Assembly (NCBI RefSeq): GCF_006345805.1
Contig: NC_043016.1
Coordinates: forward strand, 14,384,001 to 14,448,000
Length of the DNA stretch: 64,000 bases
Direction: 5' to 3'
Source of the DNA: Octopus sinensis
Lineage: Eukaryota
A model generated the notes under the pieces. It made no database searches, was not told the DNA's origin, and was given only the letters and a program-made list of their open reading frames with translations. Of this stretch, positions 63,745 to 64,000 are shown one piece after another. Both the position numbers and the translations under genes were made by a program. Position 1 is the first letter of the stretch. Every line of letters starts with the position of its first letter.

Positions 63745-63990
63745 GATCAGGATCTGATGGGGAATGCTGGGGTTGGAGGAATCGGTGGAATGGTTGGTAA
63801 GGGCAAATGGAGTGAAGTGGTATGGGTGTGTGTTGAGGAGGGTTATTGCATTTGAGGTAAATGGAGCACGAAAGCAAGGTAGACTGAGGAAAAGGTGGAG
63901 GATGAGATTGGGAGGGTTGGTTTGAAAAAGGAGGATGCCCAAAACCTGGCAAGATGGTGTGAGGGCAGTTGCTATGGCATTGAGGTAGAT
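63745..63990 (+). mobile_element. RTE LINE 3' ORF remnant
   Basis: Resembles the RTE C-terminus: ANGVKWYG..RVIAFEVNGARKQGRLRKRW. Confidence 0.55.
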
Positions 63991-64000
63991 CTGGCCATTC

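Overview
AT-rich, repeat-dense animal genomic DNA. It is most likely an octopus or other coleoid cephalopod; this is inferred from recalled SINE/MITE families and the intron-rich gene structure, not from a database hit. Two host genes lie on the + strand. (1) The last three coding exons of AASDH (beta-alanine-activating enzyme, C-terminal PQQ-like beta-propeller), stop at 8325. (2) The first 20 coding exons (720 codons, all splice phases compatible) of clueless/CLUH, ATG at 22294, continuing past the window end. Introns and the intergenic region are filled with tRNA-type SINEs, RTE-tail SINEs, TTAA-flanked piggyBac-like MITEs, Tc1/mariner remnants (one DD37D), and CR1, RTE and R4/Dong-type LINE fragments. 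There are also three long palindromes, minisatellites and microsatellites. The strongest lead is an uninterrupted, 5'-truncated RTE/BovB-type reverse transcriptase ORF lying in sense orientation in CLUH intron 17. Three AG acceptors precede it, all in the phase needed to splice it in frame onto CLUH exon 17, and its stop codon overlaps AATAAA. This predicts a possible ~1280-aa CLUH-RT fusion isoform. The splice signals are seen in the sequence; that they are used is only inferred. Other leads are a recursive-splice-type CAG|GTAAGT exon start, inverted MITEs around an in-frame 315-nt exon block (circRNA candidate), a PHD-finger-like insert in a second RTE family, and a perfect 23-bp intronic hairpin. 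No prokaryotic system, CRISPR array, rRNA or bona fide tRNA gene was found.
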